From Candidatus Latescibacterota bacterium (GTDB lineage: Bacteria > Latescibacterota > UBA2968), in assembly GCA_038279365.1 (NCBI GenBank), contig JAYODI010000012.1:24189-88188 (forward strand): DNA of 64,000 nucleotides, read 5' to 3'. Both the position numbers and the translations under genes were made by a program. How positions within the stretch are numbered: the first letter of the stretch is position 1; every line of letters begins with the position of its first letter. This document shows positions 8,835 through 18,815 of the stretch, in pieces. Below the pieces are notes generated by a model that searched no databases, was not told the origin of the DNA, and saw nothing but the letters and a program-made list of their open reading frames with translations.

Positions 8835-10954
8835 GATGCTGCCTCCTTGTTACCTTGAGCCAACGCATTTAATACCTTGTCGGGCGTCATAGGAAAATCG
8901 GTCACCCACACACCAATTGCATTATAAACGGCATTTGCCAAAGCACCTGCCGTGGGAATGGTTGCCGGTTCACCCAAACCAATCACACCCCGTTCGGGCA
9001 TATCCATCAAAATGGGTACAATCTCGGGCATCTCCAAAGCACCTGCTACTTTATAGGCTTCCATGTTGGGGTTCACCATCACGCCCGTTTGCCGATCTAA
9101 AAGCCGATCTTCTAACAAGGCATAACTCAAACCACCGATCACTCCGCCATTGACCTGACTTTCGGCCAAAAGCTTGTTCACCACAAGGCCACAATCATTG
9201 ACAGCCACAATTTTAATGGGCTGAATCCGACCTGTTTCAACATCTACTTCGACCTCAGCAAAATGCACCCCCGCTGCTCCCGAGCTGTGATACCCATCAT
9301 CGCGATTGGCTGTGACCACAATATCACTGGCCAATTGGGCAGTAGCCTCAGACCAACTGATACTTTTGCCATTGCCAATCACCTGAATTTTGCCTTGGCG
9401 CGTTTCAAGCGTGGAAGCATCAACACCCAACAATGGCGCAACAAATGCCAACAATTCACCCTTGGCTTTGCGTGCCGCTGTTTTGGCGGCAGGAACCATA
9501 GATGGGGTCGTACTGCTGCCCCCACTGCCCGTTCCTGGTGGAAAATGGGTATCGCCAATGTGTGGGGTCACCTGATCCATTGTGAGGCCCAATTCTTCGG
9601 CAACCGTCATGGCCAAAATCGTTCGAGAACCTGTACCAATATCTTGTATGGCACACTTGGCATCTACAGTACCGTCAGAGTGAATTTGCACTTCGACATA
9701 ACTGTTTCTATTGCCACCGCCTCCCCACATACCACACCCCATACCCAAGCCACGCTTCACGGGCCCCTTGGCCGAACCTGCTACTTTGTTGCGCCGTTCC
9801 CACCCAATGGCTTTGGCACCGATTTCATATTGTTTGAGGCGAATGTCATTGGCACTGGAACCATTGGCCTTGCGAAAATCCAAAGGATCCATCCCAACCG
9901 ATTCGGCCAAAGCATCCAAAGCACAATCCATCGCAATTTCTGCCTGAGGATGCCCTGGTGCACGCATTGCCCGAGCACCGCCTGCGTTAATATGTACATC
10001 TTTAAGCTCAGACTTGTAGTTGGCAATGTCGAACACATAGGGCAGTGGAATGTTTCCGATGCCCCCCACGCCACCCGTGCCATAGGTTTGTGACTGGAAG
10101 GCCGTAATTTTCCCGTCTTTTTTGGCCCCCATCTTAATCGTCATCACCGCTGAAGGGCGATTGCCAACTGCCAGTTGTTCTTCTTTGCGGTTGAGCATCA
10201 GTTTTACGGGCACTTGTGCCATACGCGCCAAAGCGCTCACCGCCAAGCCTTCGGCGCCCGCACCAAATTTACTCCCAAACCCACCCCCCATATATTGACA
10301 AATCACCTGAACACTTTCTTTTGGCAACTTATAGTGCTCGGCCAATTCATCGCGCACACTCACCACCCCTTGCGTGGAACACCAAACCGTGAGTTTGTCA
10401 CCCTCCCATTGGGCCACCGCGCCATGCGTTTCCAAAGAGTTGTGCACTTGCACAGGCACCCGATATGTCTTTTCAATAATGGCATCTGCTTCGGCAAAAC
10501 CAGTAGCCACATCGCCTTTTTCGCGTTGACCACGCCCTGGCATTTCCACATTACCCCGTGGATGAATTTGCGCGGCACCATCGGCCATAGAGGTCTCTTC
10601 ACGCACACTAAAAGGCAATGTTTCATATGTCACATCAATCAACCTTAATGCTTCTTCAGCCACCTCAGGAGAGATTGCCGCCACAGCGGCCACTTCTTCG
10701 CCTGCATAACGCACCGTCTGTTTTTCAAAATCATAAACGGCTTTTACACCAGGATGTGCCGACGCGCGCGTCAAATCCACTTTTATCACTTTGGCATGTG
10801 GATGTGGAGATCGCAAAATTTTGCCATACAACATATTGGGCAAATTGAGGTCGTATGTATATTTTGCTCGCCCAGTGACCTTATCTTCGCCATCGAGCCG
10901 TATTATGTTGGTGCCCGTCAAATACCGTTCACCCCATGGTTTCATGTCTGCCAT
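8831..10954 (-). CDS. xanthine dehydrogenase-family molybdopterin subunit (PaoC/YagR-like)
   Basis: KVTGRAKY, MGGGFGSK, AMRAPGHPQ, QDIGTGSRT and GLGEP motifs. Confidence 0.95.
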   Translation of the reverse strand: MADMKPWGERYLTGTNIIRLDGEDKVTGRAKYTYDLNLPNMLYGKILRSPHPHAKVIKVDLTRASAHPGVKAVYDFEKQTVRYAGEEVAAVAAISPEVAEEALRLIDVTYETLPFSVREETSMADGAAQIHPRGNVEMPGRGQREKGDVATGFAEADAIIEKTYRVPVQVHNSLETHGAVAQWEGDKLTVWCSTQGVVSVRDELAEHYKLPKESVQVICQYMGGGFGSKFGAGAEGLAVSALARMAQVPVKLMLNRKEEQLAVGNRPSAVMTIKMGAKKDGKITAFQSQTYGTGGVGGIGNIPLPYVFDIANYKSELKDVHINAGGARAMRAPGHPQAEIAMDCALDALAESVGMDPLDFRKANGSSANDIRLKQYEIGAKAIGWERRNKVAGSAKGPVKRGLGMGCGMWGGGGNRNSYVEVQIHSDGTVDAKCAIQDIGTGSRTILAMTVAEELGLTMDQVTPHIGDTHFPPGTGSGGSSTTPSMVPAAKTAARKAKGELLAFVAPLLGVDASTLETRQGKIQVIGNGKSISWSEATAQLASDIVVTANRDDGYHSSGAAGVHFAEVEVDVETGRIQPIKIVAVNDCGLVVNKLLAESQVNGGVIGGLSYALLEDRLLDRQTGVMVNPNMEAYKVAGALEMPEIVPILMDMPERGVIGLGEPATIPTAGALANAVYNAIGVWVTDFPMTPDKVLNALAQGNKEAAS

Positions 10955-10955
10955 A

Positions 10956-11594
10956 TTATGCCCCTCCCCGTTGCAATTTGGCAGCCGTCAAAGCCGCATC
11001 AAAAACACGTGGATAGGTGCCACACCGACAAGTATTGCCAGATACGGCCTTTTTAACATCATCCAGAGTGGGATTGGGGTTGCGATCCAATAATGCACGT
11101 ACAGAAACCACAAACCCTGGCGTGCAAAACCCACACATTTGTGCATCGTGTTGTAAAAATGCCTCTTGTACAGGATCCAACTCACCGTCTTTTGACAACC
11201 CTTCCACCGTGGTAATTTCTTTTCCCACAGCATCAATGGCCAGCATCATACATGAATAAACAGGCTGTTTATCAACCATCACCGTACATCCACCACACGA
11301 ACCCCGCTCACAAATGGGCTTTGGGCCCGTAATGTCTAACTTTTGCCGCATCACATCTAAAAGGGTATGACGCGGTTCAATGGCCGTTTTGTGTTCTGTG
11401 CCATTGATCTTTAAGGTGACTTGTGAGGCTTGGGGGCCAATGGTCTTACCCAAGGCTTTTTTTGCTTCAACTGTTTGGGGGGGCACAACAACCGTTAACA
11501 AACCCGTTGCCGCAGCACCAGCACCCAAACCTTGCAGAAATGTGCGTCGAGACATACCCGACGTGTTTTCTGAATGATTCGGTTCTTGTTTCAC
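10956..11594 (-). CDS. Tat-exported 2x[2Fe-2S] subunit (PaoA/YagT-like)
   Basis: Twin-arginine SRRTFLQG; CERGSCGGC..C and CGFC..CRC clusters; GTG start after AGGAGG. Confidence 0.95.
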   Translation of the reverse strand: MKQEPNHSENTSGMSRRTFLQGLGAGAAATGLLTVVVPPQTVEAKKALGKTIGPQASQVTLKINGTEHKTAIEPRHTLLDVMRQKLDITGPKPICERGSCGGCTVMVDKQPVYSCMMLAIDAVGKEITTVEGLSKDGELDPVQEAFLQHDAQMCGFCTPGFVVSVRALLDRNPNPTLDDVKKAVSGNTCRCGTYPRVFDAALTAAKLQRGGA

Positions 11595-11691
11595 TCTTGC
11601 ACCTCCTGATCGTATTGGTTTGCCATCTAAAATTTAGCAAACCTCGGCGCGAAATGATAATACATCAATATTCGTTTATATACCCTAAGCA

Positions 11692-11721
11692 ATGATACGC
11701 TCGATTTTGTAGGTCTGTCAA
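11692..11721 (-). promoter_or_regulatory. putative sigma70 promoter for the molybdoenzyme operon
   Basis: Minus strand TTGACA-18 nt-TATCAT. Confidence 0.5.
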
Positions 11722-11827
11722 GCTAAAATACCCAAATCTTGGCGTTGCGACCAGAGCTTATTTGTCTACCGATACCAAAGTGAGGTAGATTTATCATGTT
11801 GGGAGTCTTTACAGAAGGAGACGTTTC

Positions 11828-11950
11828 ATGATCACGCTCAAAGCACAACAAAGGGACGCAGACCGGGTGGGCCACATGTTTGAAATTGCCCTCAAAATTC
11901 TCGGAGGTCTTGTGATTCTCACAATTGGTATCGGCATGATGTTTCCATAA
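11828..11950 (+). CDS. 40-aa single-TM small protein (below the ORF-track cut-off)
   Basis: Strong RBS AGAAGGAGA, then MITLKAQQRDADRVGHMFEIALKILGGLVILTIGIGMMFP*, followed by a terminator. Confidence 0.65.
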   Translation: MITLKAQQRDADRVGHMFEIALKILGGLVILTIGIGMMFP

Positions 11951-11986
11951 TTAACGCACACACCGCCACACCAGACTCCCAAATGT

Positions 11987-12030
11987 AAACAAAAGCCCTT
12001 AGATTTTTAACAATCTGAGGGCTTTTGTTT
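11987..12030. terminator. bidirectional intrinsic terminator
   Basis: AAACAAAAGCCCTTAGATT-loop-AATCTGAGGGCTTTTGTTT between convergent genes. Confidence 0.85.
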
Positions 12031-12052
12031 GATATTTAGATCACAACCGTCA

Positions 12053-13084
12053 TCACTTTATGGCGCGTTCTACCGCATTGCGCATAGCAAGCATTTGGCC
12101 AATGGCAAAAGCCCACCCCATACGTGTATCAACCGTATCGCCATCAACAATAGGGGTATGGTCGGGATCAATTAAGCCATCGTACCCCACCTCATGAAAA
12201 GCCTGCATACACGCAAACATATCACAGTCACCTTCATCGTGAAACACTTCTACATACTTAAAACGAGGTGTTTCCACACGCACATTTCGAAAATGCACCG
12301 TACCTATTCGCTTCCGCGAGCCAAAATACCGAATCATCTCCACCGCATCGGCACCCTTTTCGGTCATCACGCCTGTATCAAAAAACACGCAGTTTGACGG
12401 ACTATCTACCACCTCAATCAATCGCTTCATACCGGCCACATCGCCCATGGCCTGTGCCACACCGCGATAAACCGGCACCGGTGGATCATTGGGATGAACA
12501 GCCAACTTGACACCTGCTTTTTCAGCGGTCGGAATGACGGCTTCTAAAAAATAAGCCACCCGATCCCACATCTCTTCATGTGAATGACACCCCACCGACT
12601 CTAAGGGTGGCAAATCTTTGATGCGATCATAGTCAAAATCGCGCAAATCGGCTCCACCACGCCCACCACCCATTCGTGGGCCATACCCTTCAGAAGCACG
12701 CAACGCCGTAAAATTGTATGTCAACACACCCAACCCAACACGCCCCGCTATTTCGATATTGGCCTTAACCGTTTCCAAATCGTCATCGCGCCCATCTTGC
12801 CCCATCAAAATATTGCCCGACACCCCCAACGCAGCCACCGTGGGTTTTAAACCAAACGATTCGATACGCGCCCGAATACGCAACAACAATTCTTCATCCC
12901 ACATATGACCTTGCCCACCCACTGGGCCAGTTTGTGTTGGCGGAACAAAAGGACGCGTGGTGCCCCCAGTGCCGGGTTCTTCATTCCACCGTGTGGGCAT
13001 GCTGACCTCTTCCACACCCAACTGCTTAAAAAAGCGCAATGTTGTTTCAGCCACATCGCCTAATCCTTTTCCAATCTTAATCAT
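12053..13084 (-). CDS. mannonate dehydratase (UxuA) family protein
   Basis: LTYNF, YFLEAVIPTAEKAGVKLAVHPNDPP, VHFRNV, FHDEGD.DM and PDHTP motifs. Confidence 0.88.
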   Translation of the reverse strand: MIKIGKGLGDVAETTLRFFKQLGVEEVSMPTRWNEEPGTGGTTRPFVPPTQTGPVGGQGHMWDEELLLRIRARIESFGLKPTVAALGVSGNILMGQDGRDDDLETVKANIEIAGRVGLGVLTYNFTALRASEGYGPRMGGGRGGADLRDFDYDRIKDLPPLESVGCHSHEEMWDRVAYFLEAVIPTAEKAGVKLAVHPNDPPVPVYRGVAQAMGDVAGMKRLIEVVDSPSNCVFFDTGVMTEKGADAVEMIRYFGSRKRIGTVHFRNVRVETPRFKYVEVFHDEGDCDMFACMQAFHEVGYDGLIDPDHTPIVDGDTVDTRMGWAFAIGQMLAMRNAVERAIK

Positions 13085-13140
13085 AAAATGCTCCCATCAA
13101 AGATATCATATGACAATAAATAGCTCATTTCCAACACCCC

Positions 13141-15066
13141 TTATGCCCATGGCAAACGATAAGACGGCTCATGCACATGCCGTTCTAATCCAAGCACCAA
13201 CCGAATCTCCGTGCCCAACGGCAACGTCACCTGCAAATGGGCATCATCAACGGTAACGGTCTCCAAGACCGATTCAACCTCAGGTGCCGCATAGTCACCC
13301 ACCTTGCCCGGATACACACTCACAATTTGATTAAATGCAACCTGTGTAAATTGATGTTCACCCAATGTACCGGCCTGTATCAAAACCCTACGCGCATGTC
13401 GCGCACTTAAATTCACCAAATGGAGCACAATCTGATCACGGGAAACAGTCTCAACCAACGCCCCCACATCAGGTGGCAAACCGGGGCGTTTTTTATCGGC
13501 ATCAAAATAGCGCAATGGCGCAAGCAACAGCCCACCATTATACAAAAGTTGTGGGGCGCCCAACGTCAGCTGAATCAATGCCTCAGTTGTCACCGGATTC
13601 AACTGCTGCCACCAATGAATATGATTGTTGCGTGGGTCTGTCTCATCTTCTCGCACCTGCGCCATACGCTTGTAAACCTGTGCCAAGCTCGCCTGTAATA
13701 TTTGCTCAGGATAGTTGGGGTTGTCCCCATTGATATACGCAAACCACGGTTGCTCATGCCCCGCATCTTCTTTGGAATGAAACGAAAACACCTGAGACCA
13801 ATCATATGTCTCTTTTTTGCGGATCGTTTCAACCATCTCCAAATCCACATCATCACCACTTACATTCCACAACGTCAGTGGATAAATAGGAGCCAAGGGT
13901 TGCCAATCAAACCACCCCGAATCGGCATACCGATAGGGCACCACCCACGTCTCTTTGTGATCGCCCAACGCTTTCATCTGCGCAATCCAATGGTGCCGCA
14001 AGCTCATCTGTAAATCGTCTACATTCGCCATTTTCCCTTCGGCCATCACCTTGCGCAATTGATTGCGTGGCAACTCCAAATACTTTTGATCACGCGTTAG
14101 CAAAAAACACCCTACCCCCGCCAAAATAGCAGCCATCGCAATGTTGTATAATCCATGTGGCCATGTCCAACCATACATACTGCCATACCACTTGCCATTC
14201 ATATGCTCACCCACCACACCCGATGGACCTACATTGTCAGGCAAAAAACCATCATGGGCATTGGCACGTGCAATCCACGCATCCACATATTCCAACAACC
14301 AGTTTTTGTATTTCTCGTCGCCCGTCAGCAAAAACGCATTTGTAATGAGCGAGCAAACATGCAGGTTTGTGGCCACGTCCCCCTGGGCCATGCGGTCTTT
14401 CATCACCTGCCCCATCCGCCGAGCCAGCTCAGGGTCTTTCAAATCTTCAATGCACGAAACACCCTCTACATCTTCAAATGGAATGCCATACACGGCCATA
14501 CCCGGTGAATAACCATAAGAAGGCGTTTCATTCTCTTCATAAAGCCAGCGCGGGCCTTTAGACCCATTATGCGCACAACGCAACGTCTTTGTCTGTGGGT
14601 CATAATTTTGTGCTTCGGGATCTTCATTTAAGAAAAAGCCAGCAAAACGGCGGGCCCGATCAATGTTCTTCTCATGTTTGGGATCGGCCAAACACAGCAA
14701 GTAAAAATAAATGTAACTTTCACTTTGATGAAATTGATCATAACCAATCTCATATTCTTTGTAAACATGCCCAATTTCTTCCATCAACTTCGTCGTGGCA
14801 TCCCACTGGCGGTGCCCCAAATCCAACAAATGATCGCCACCACCCAACAAATAAAGCAACGGCCAATTGTAAAAACTCTCATAAAAATCGTCGGCACCAT
14901 CACGGCTTTGATGAATGCCTTCTTTCCAAATCAAACGACCATCGGGATGGGTATATTTTTCCAAGAAAGGATAAACAGCCTCCTCCATAACAGCAATCAA
15001 TTGGCGTTCCAACACCGCCCAAGCCGGTGCCTTTTCCAATGGCACACTTGCCACAATTTCCATCAC
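13141..15066 (-). CDS. uncharacterised 641-aa protein, possibly an alpha/alpha-toroid glycosidase/lyase-like enzyme
   Basis: Long ORF in operon with ribosome-binding site; acidic/aromatic motifs RDGADDFYESFYNWP and YDQFHQSE. Fold call is tentative. Confidence 0.75.
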   Translation of the reverse strand: MMEIVASVPLEKAPAWAVLERQLIAVMEEAVYPFLEKYTHPDGRLIWKEGIHQSRDGADDFYESFYNWPLLYLLGGGDHLLDLGHRQWDATTKLMEEIGHVYKEYEIGYDQFHQSESYIYFYLLCLADPKHEKNIDRARRFAGFFLNEDPEAQNYDPQTKTLRCAHNGSKGPRWLYEENETPSYGYSPGMAVYGIPFEDVEGVSCIEDLKDPELARRMGQVMKDRMAQGDVATNLHVCSLITNAFLLTGDEKYKNWLLEYVDAWIARANAHDGFLPDNVGPSGVVGEHMNGKWYGSMYGWTWPHGLYNIAMAAILAGVGCFLLTRDQKYLELPRNQLRKVMAEGKMANVDDLQMSLRHHWIAQMKALGDHKETWVVPYRYADSGWFDWQPLAPIYPLTLWNVSGDDVDLEMVETIRKKETYDWSQVFSFHSKEDAGHEQPWFAYINGDNPNYPEQILQASLAQVYKRMAQVREDETDPRNNHIHWWQQLNPVTTEALIQLTLGAPQLLYNGGLLLAPLRYFDADKKRPGLPPDVGALVETVSRDQIVLHLVNLSARHARRVLIQAGTLGEHQFTQVAFNQIVSVYPGKVGDYAAPEVESVLETVTVDDAHLQVTLPLGTEIRLVLGLERHVHEPSYRLPWA

Positions 15067-15153
15067 GTATCCCTTTCACACATCAACACACAGAGTCGCA
15101 TCACGAATCACAAAAACATCACGCAATAAATGCGTCACACCCAAGCCAAGACT

Positions 15154-16962
15154 TTACCGTTCCACAATATCCACAATCGCCACAGCCACCTCCCCCATCA
15201 ACTGACCATTTCCCCCAACTTCTCCCCCAATGAGAAAACGGCCCCCTTTTATCTTTTTGGGAATCACCACATCAAAACTTATTCGACGTTTTTTATGCCC
15301 CAAAACAGTGAGCGACCGTTGTCTCTGTTTTGAGGTCCACCCCTCAGGCAATGTTGGCGAAACGGTCACAGACATCTTTTGATCACGTGCATTCTCCACA
15401 TAAAAACGCAAAGTAATGGTTTGTCCAGCACGTGCTTCGGTTCGAAATGGTTCCCACCCCATCATTCGCGGATCATAATCTTGCACCCAATCTCCAGATG
15501 GACACAAATCACGTACTGCTTTTTCGGCTTGTGTGGCCCATTTCAAAATGCGCCGATATAGATCAGCATCATAGCGATACACACAACCATGACCATTACA
15601 TATCAAATCGGGTTTTAAGTCCAATACCACCTGTGCCGACCTGCCAAACCCATCTATGAACCGACTGCCATTAAACGCACAAAATCCACCCGTACCATTC
15701 CAACGTGTAGGCGGCTGAAAATTATCACCCGAAAACAAAACATGCTGGCCAAATATGTCGGTATCAAATGCACAATGCCACAACGTTTGCCCCGGAAAAG
15801 GGCGAATTTGAAAATCATATTCTCCCCACTTAAATGCCCCTTCTTCGGGCAACAAACGATCAGGGACAATAGAATCAGCCGGCAACCACGGCACATCCAT
15901 CACATTGCGATCCACCATCGGTTTGGCCACCCACGGGTGCAACCACACCTTGGCACCATATTGTTTACGCACCCAATTCAGCCCATCGCTGTGATCCCGG
16001 TGATAATGTGTGGCCGTGGCCACCGTTACCCGATCCACACCCGCAATCGCCATCACCTCGCCAATGCGTTCAATACTTGGCAATGTGGGGTCAATGATCA
16101 AACCCTCACCATTTTGTCCTGCCAGCAAATATGTATTGCTTCCCCATATAAACAAATTGGGCAACACGCGAGAAATGCCATTGCCCAAAACCTCGACACC
16201 AAACCAATGATCTATCGCACCCGCACAGACAGAACCCTTGGCTTTCACAAAAGCCAAAATGCGTTTTTGGGTTTGCCGAACACACGCACGGGCACCTTTT
16301 GCAACAACCGCACCATGCGACGGACACAACAGATCGATTCGACACCCACCCAAACGCTCCAAACCATACCAAGCAGACAGTGCACCTTCACCCGTCCAAT
16401 GATCCCATTCCAAATGATAAGGCTGATGTAACTTGCCATTTTCCAAAACAGCATCACCACAAAAGACAATGGATTTCCCTTGCCAATTCACCACATAACT
16501 CACAGCCCCACGCGTATGCCCCGGTGTGGGAACAACACCCACCGTCACCCCTTCCCAAACCAATTCGGAGGCATCACCCACATCCCCTTTCACAAAAGGC
16601 AATGGCACGCTTGGAGCCGAATAATTGGGTGGACAACCACCTGCTTGATAGGTTCGCCAAAAAGCCAGTAAACGATCGGCCTGAAAAAAACGCCCATCTT
16701 CGCCCGAACAATGCACCTCAAATGGCCATTCCGATTGTGTGGACAAACCATAACATTGATCGCGATGTGCATGCGTCAACAACACATGCCGAAGGTTTTT
16801 TACACCAATTTCAGCAAGGTGGGCCAACCACTTTCCCGAACCAAAATCAATGGCAATGGCATCCTCTCCACATTTGAGAAGATAAACATTGCACGCATCT
16901 TGAACATGGTAAACACTGGGCAGGATTTCTTTAAACATCGTTTTGGGCATACACCTATCCAT
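15154..16962 (-). CDS. tandem MBL-fold metallohydrolase with C-terminal Ig/NEW3-like domain
   Basis: THAHRDQ...TPGHT...GDA...PSHG and THYHRDH...FPGQT...GDN...NGHG. Confidence 0.85.
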   Translation of the reverse strand: MDRCMPKTMFKEILPSVYHVQDACNVYLLKCGEDAIAIDFGSGKWLAHLAEIGVKNLRHVLLTHAHRDQCYGLSTQSEWPFEVHCSGEDGRFFQADRLLAFWRTYQAGGCPPNYSAPSVPLPFVKGDVGDASELVWEGVTVGVVPTPGHTRGAVSYVVNWQGKSIVFCGDAVLENGKLHQPYHLEWDHWTGEGALSAWYGLERLGGCRIDLLCPSHGAVVAKGARACVRQTQKRILAFVKAKGSVCAGAIDHWFGVEVLGNGISRVLPNLFIWGSNTYLLAGQNGEGLIIDPTLPSIERIGEVMAIAGVDRVTVATATHYHRDHSDGLNWVRKQYGAKVWLHPWVAKPMVDRNVMDVPWLPADSIVPDRLLPEEGAFKWGEYDFQIRPFPGQTLWHCAFDTDIFGQHVLFSGDNFQPPTRWNGTGGFCAFNGSRFIDGFGRSAQVVLDLKPDLICNGHGCVYRYDADLYRRILKWATQAEKAVRDLCPSGDWVQDYDPRMMGWEPFRTEARAGQTITLRFYVENARDQKMSVTVSPTLPEGWTSKQRQRSLTVLGHKKRRISFDVVIPKKIKGGRFLIGGEVGGNGQLMGEVAVAIVDIVER

Positions 16963-17019
16963 TTTTTTACGAATGATACGACAAGCTTGGAGATTTAGTT
17001 TCAGCTTTCACTGTCCTGT

Positions 17020-17047
17020 ATTCAGCGTTCAGCATTCAGCGTTCAGC
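17020..17047. repeat. tandem heptamer repeat (RTTCAGC x4)
   Basis: ATTCAGC GTTCAGC ATTCAGC GTTCAGC, with a degenerate copy at 16999-17010. Confidence 0.85.
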
Positions 17048-17090
17048 AATCCGTTCTCGGCACCCAATCCGGAAAGATGTGTCCACCTTT

Positions 17091-18020
17091 TTAAGGATTC
17101 AGTTCACAGGCCAATTCCATAGACGGAAACACATCGGCAATGGTGGGCCACATCGCACGTTTTTCAATGAGTGCCGTCACAAACTCATGGGTTTCGGCAT
17201 AAGGACCAATGCGAATAAAATGAGGCTCATCGGCATCGGGTTGTTTGTCAATCACCAACTCATTGTTTTTCCAACATTGCAAACGGGGTTCGCGAGAATT
17301 TTCTACAGCCATATTGACCCGATATCCTTCGCCATAAATTTCATACCTTTCTTCGGCGCATCCATCTGTCGTGAGCACATCAAAACTACCCAACGCGCCC
17401 GACTCAAAATGCAATACAAAATGATGCCACGGCGTACCATCATTTTGTGAAAAAGATTCTGTGCGAACCACATCACCTGCAATAAATCGCAACGCATCAA
17501 TGCTGTGAATGCCCGTGCCAGACACAAAAAAATCTTCGCGGCGATTGTGACGCAACATGGATGCCCGCACAAACCGAATGGGCCCTTGAGCCAATGCCCA
17601 CGCACGCCCTTCACAAATAAGCGGTTGAAACCGTCGATTCACCGAAATCATATGAGGTGTTCCTGTTGCCTTGGCAATTGCAAGCAACTCGCGTCCTTCT
17701 TCAACAGATGCGCCCGGCGGTTTTTCGATGGTCACAGGCATACCCATTTCCATCAATTCTTTGGCCAACGGCACAATCAATGGAATGGGCATCACGCACA
17801 CACACCCATCGGGCTTTTCCTTTTCAATCATCTCACGATGATCTGTATAAGCCGACAGAAAACCATATTCTTTCGCAAATTGATCGGCCTTATCTTGCAC
17901 CAAATCGCAAACAGCCACCAACGAAACCCGATCTGCGTGATCTTTTGCATATTGCGCCAATGCGGGTGCATGATTGATGCGACAGTGATTACCTGCGCCG
18001 ATGAGTGCAACCTTTACCAT
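17091..18020 (-). CDS. Gfo/Idh/MocA-family oxidoreductase
   Basis: VALIGAG, IEKPP, NRRF and GIHSID motifs. Confidence 0.92.
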   Translation of the reverse strand: MVKVALIGAGNHCRINHAPALAQYAKDHADRVSLVAVCDLVQDKADQFAKEYGFLSAYTDHREMIEKEKPDGCVCVMPIPLIVPLAKELMEMGMPVTIEKPPGASVEEGRELLAIAKATGTPHMISVNRRFQPLICEGRAWALAQGPIRFVRASMLRHNRREDFFVSGTGIHSIDALRFIAGDVVRTESFSQNDGTPWHHFVLHFESGALGSFDVLTTDGCAEERYEIYGEGYRVNMAVENSREPRLQCWKNNELVIDKQPDADEPHFIRIGPYAETHEFVTALIEKRAMWPTIADVFPSMELACELNP

Positions 18021-18036
18021 AAACGATCCTCTCCGT

Positions 18037-18801
18037 TTAAAATCGTGATTTGGCTTTTAATAAACGCAAGGCATTGCCACCTAAAATCGCCTCAGCCACA
18101 TCGTCAGCAACGTCTGTCACCACACGGCCCAAAGCGGCATGAGGAATAAACAATGGGGCGTGAGAACCAAACGCCAACCGTGCCCCCAACCCCTTATCGA
18201 CCAAAACCTTAACCGCATCCAAACCGTCTACCTGTGAAGTATCGGCATACACATTGGGCAATGCCACTATACGCTCTGCCAAAGTGCGCAACTCGGCCGC
18301 CTTTGCCCCACCAATCACCACACACAACTCAGGCAATTGTTCGGCCATATCCACCACCACAGAAGCGGCCAAACTTGGCACAACTGCCAAAGGATGATGA
18401 CGACGCGGATCTTCCAAACAAATCTGCACCATCACAGATAAATGCGCATCGTGTATCGCCTGCAAAAAGTCCTTCTCGCTGGCCAAATCATACCCGCCGT
18501 AATTAGGCAACAACCGAACCATTTGTACACCATCATGTTCACACGCACATTTTAATTCCTGCTGCCAATTTGCCACCGTCGGATCTAATACTGGCACTGG
18601 GGATACATCGTCAAATGCATCACTTGCCTCAAACAAAACACGATTATATACATGAGGGTTACGACACCACACAGAACCCAAATGTGACGCAAAAATACGC
18701 GTTACACCAACTTCCCGCAACGAAGGCCACACATCTTCAGGATCGCCCATCACAGGATGAGAGGGCCACGTGCCAATAAAATTGTTCAAGTCAATAATCA
18801 T
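18037..18801 (-). CDS. amidohydrolase_2-family protein (metal ligands partly degenerate)
   Basis: MIIDLNNFIGTWP, NVYADTS, LAFGSHAPL and ILGGNA motifs. Start placed at ATG 18801. Confidence 0.8.
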   Translation of the reverse strand: MIIDLNNFIGTWPSHPVMGDPEDVWPSLREVGVTRIFASHLGSVWCRNPHVYNRVLFEASDAFDDVSPVPVLDPTVANWQQELKCACEHDGVQMVRLLPNYGGYDLASEKDFLQAIHDAHLSVMVQICLEDPRRHHPLAVVPSLAASVVVDMAEQLPELCVVIGGAKAAELRTLAERIVALPNVYADTSQVDGLDAVKVLVDKGLGARLAFGSHAPLFIPHAALGRVVTDVADDVAEAILGGNALRLLKAKSRF

Positions 18802-18815
18802 ATTCAAATTCCAAA

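Noticed and set aside
11750-11763. 14-mer ACCAGAGCTTATTT shared with about 53586, both in divergent promoter regions
   Set aside because: Several 14-mer matches are expected by chance in 64 kb; it is not palindromic and I found no third copy.
15061-15140. Degenerate NNTCACR heptamers
   Set aside because: Too irregular to distinguish from the C/A-rich composition of the plus strand.
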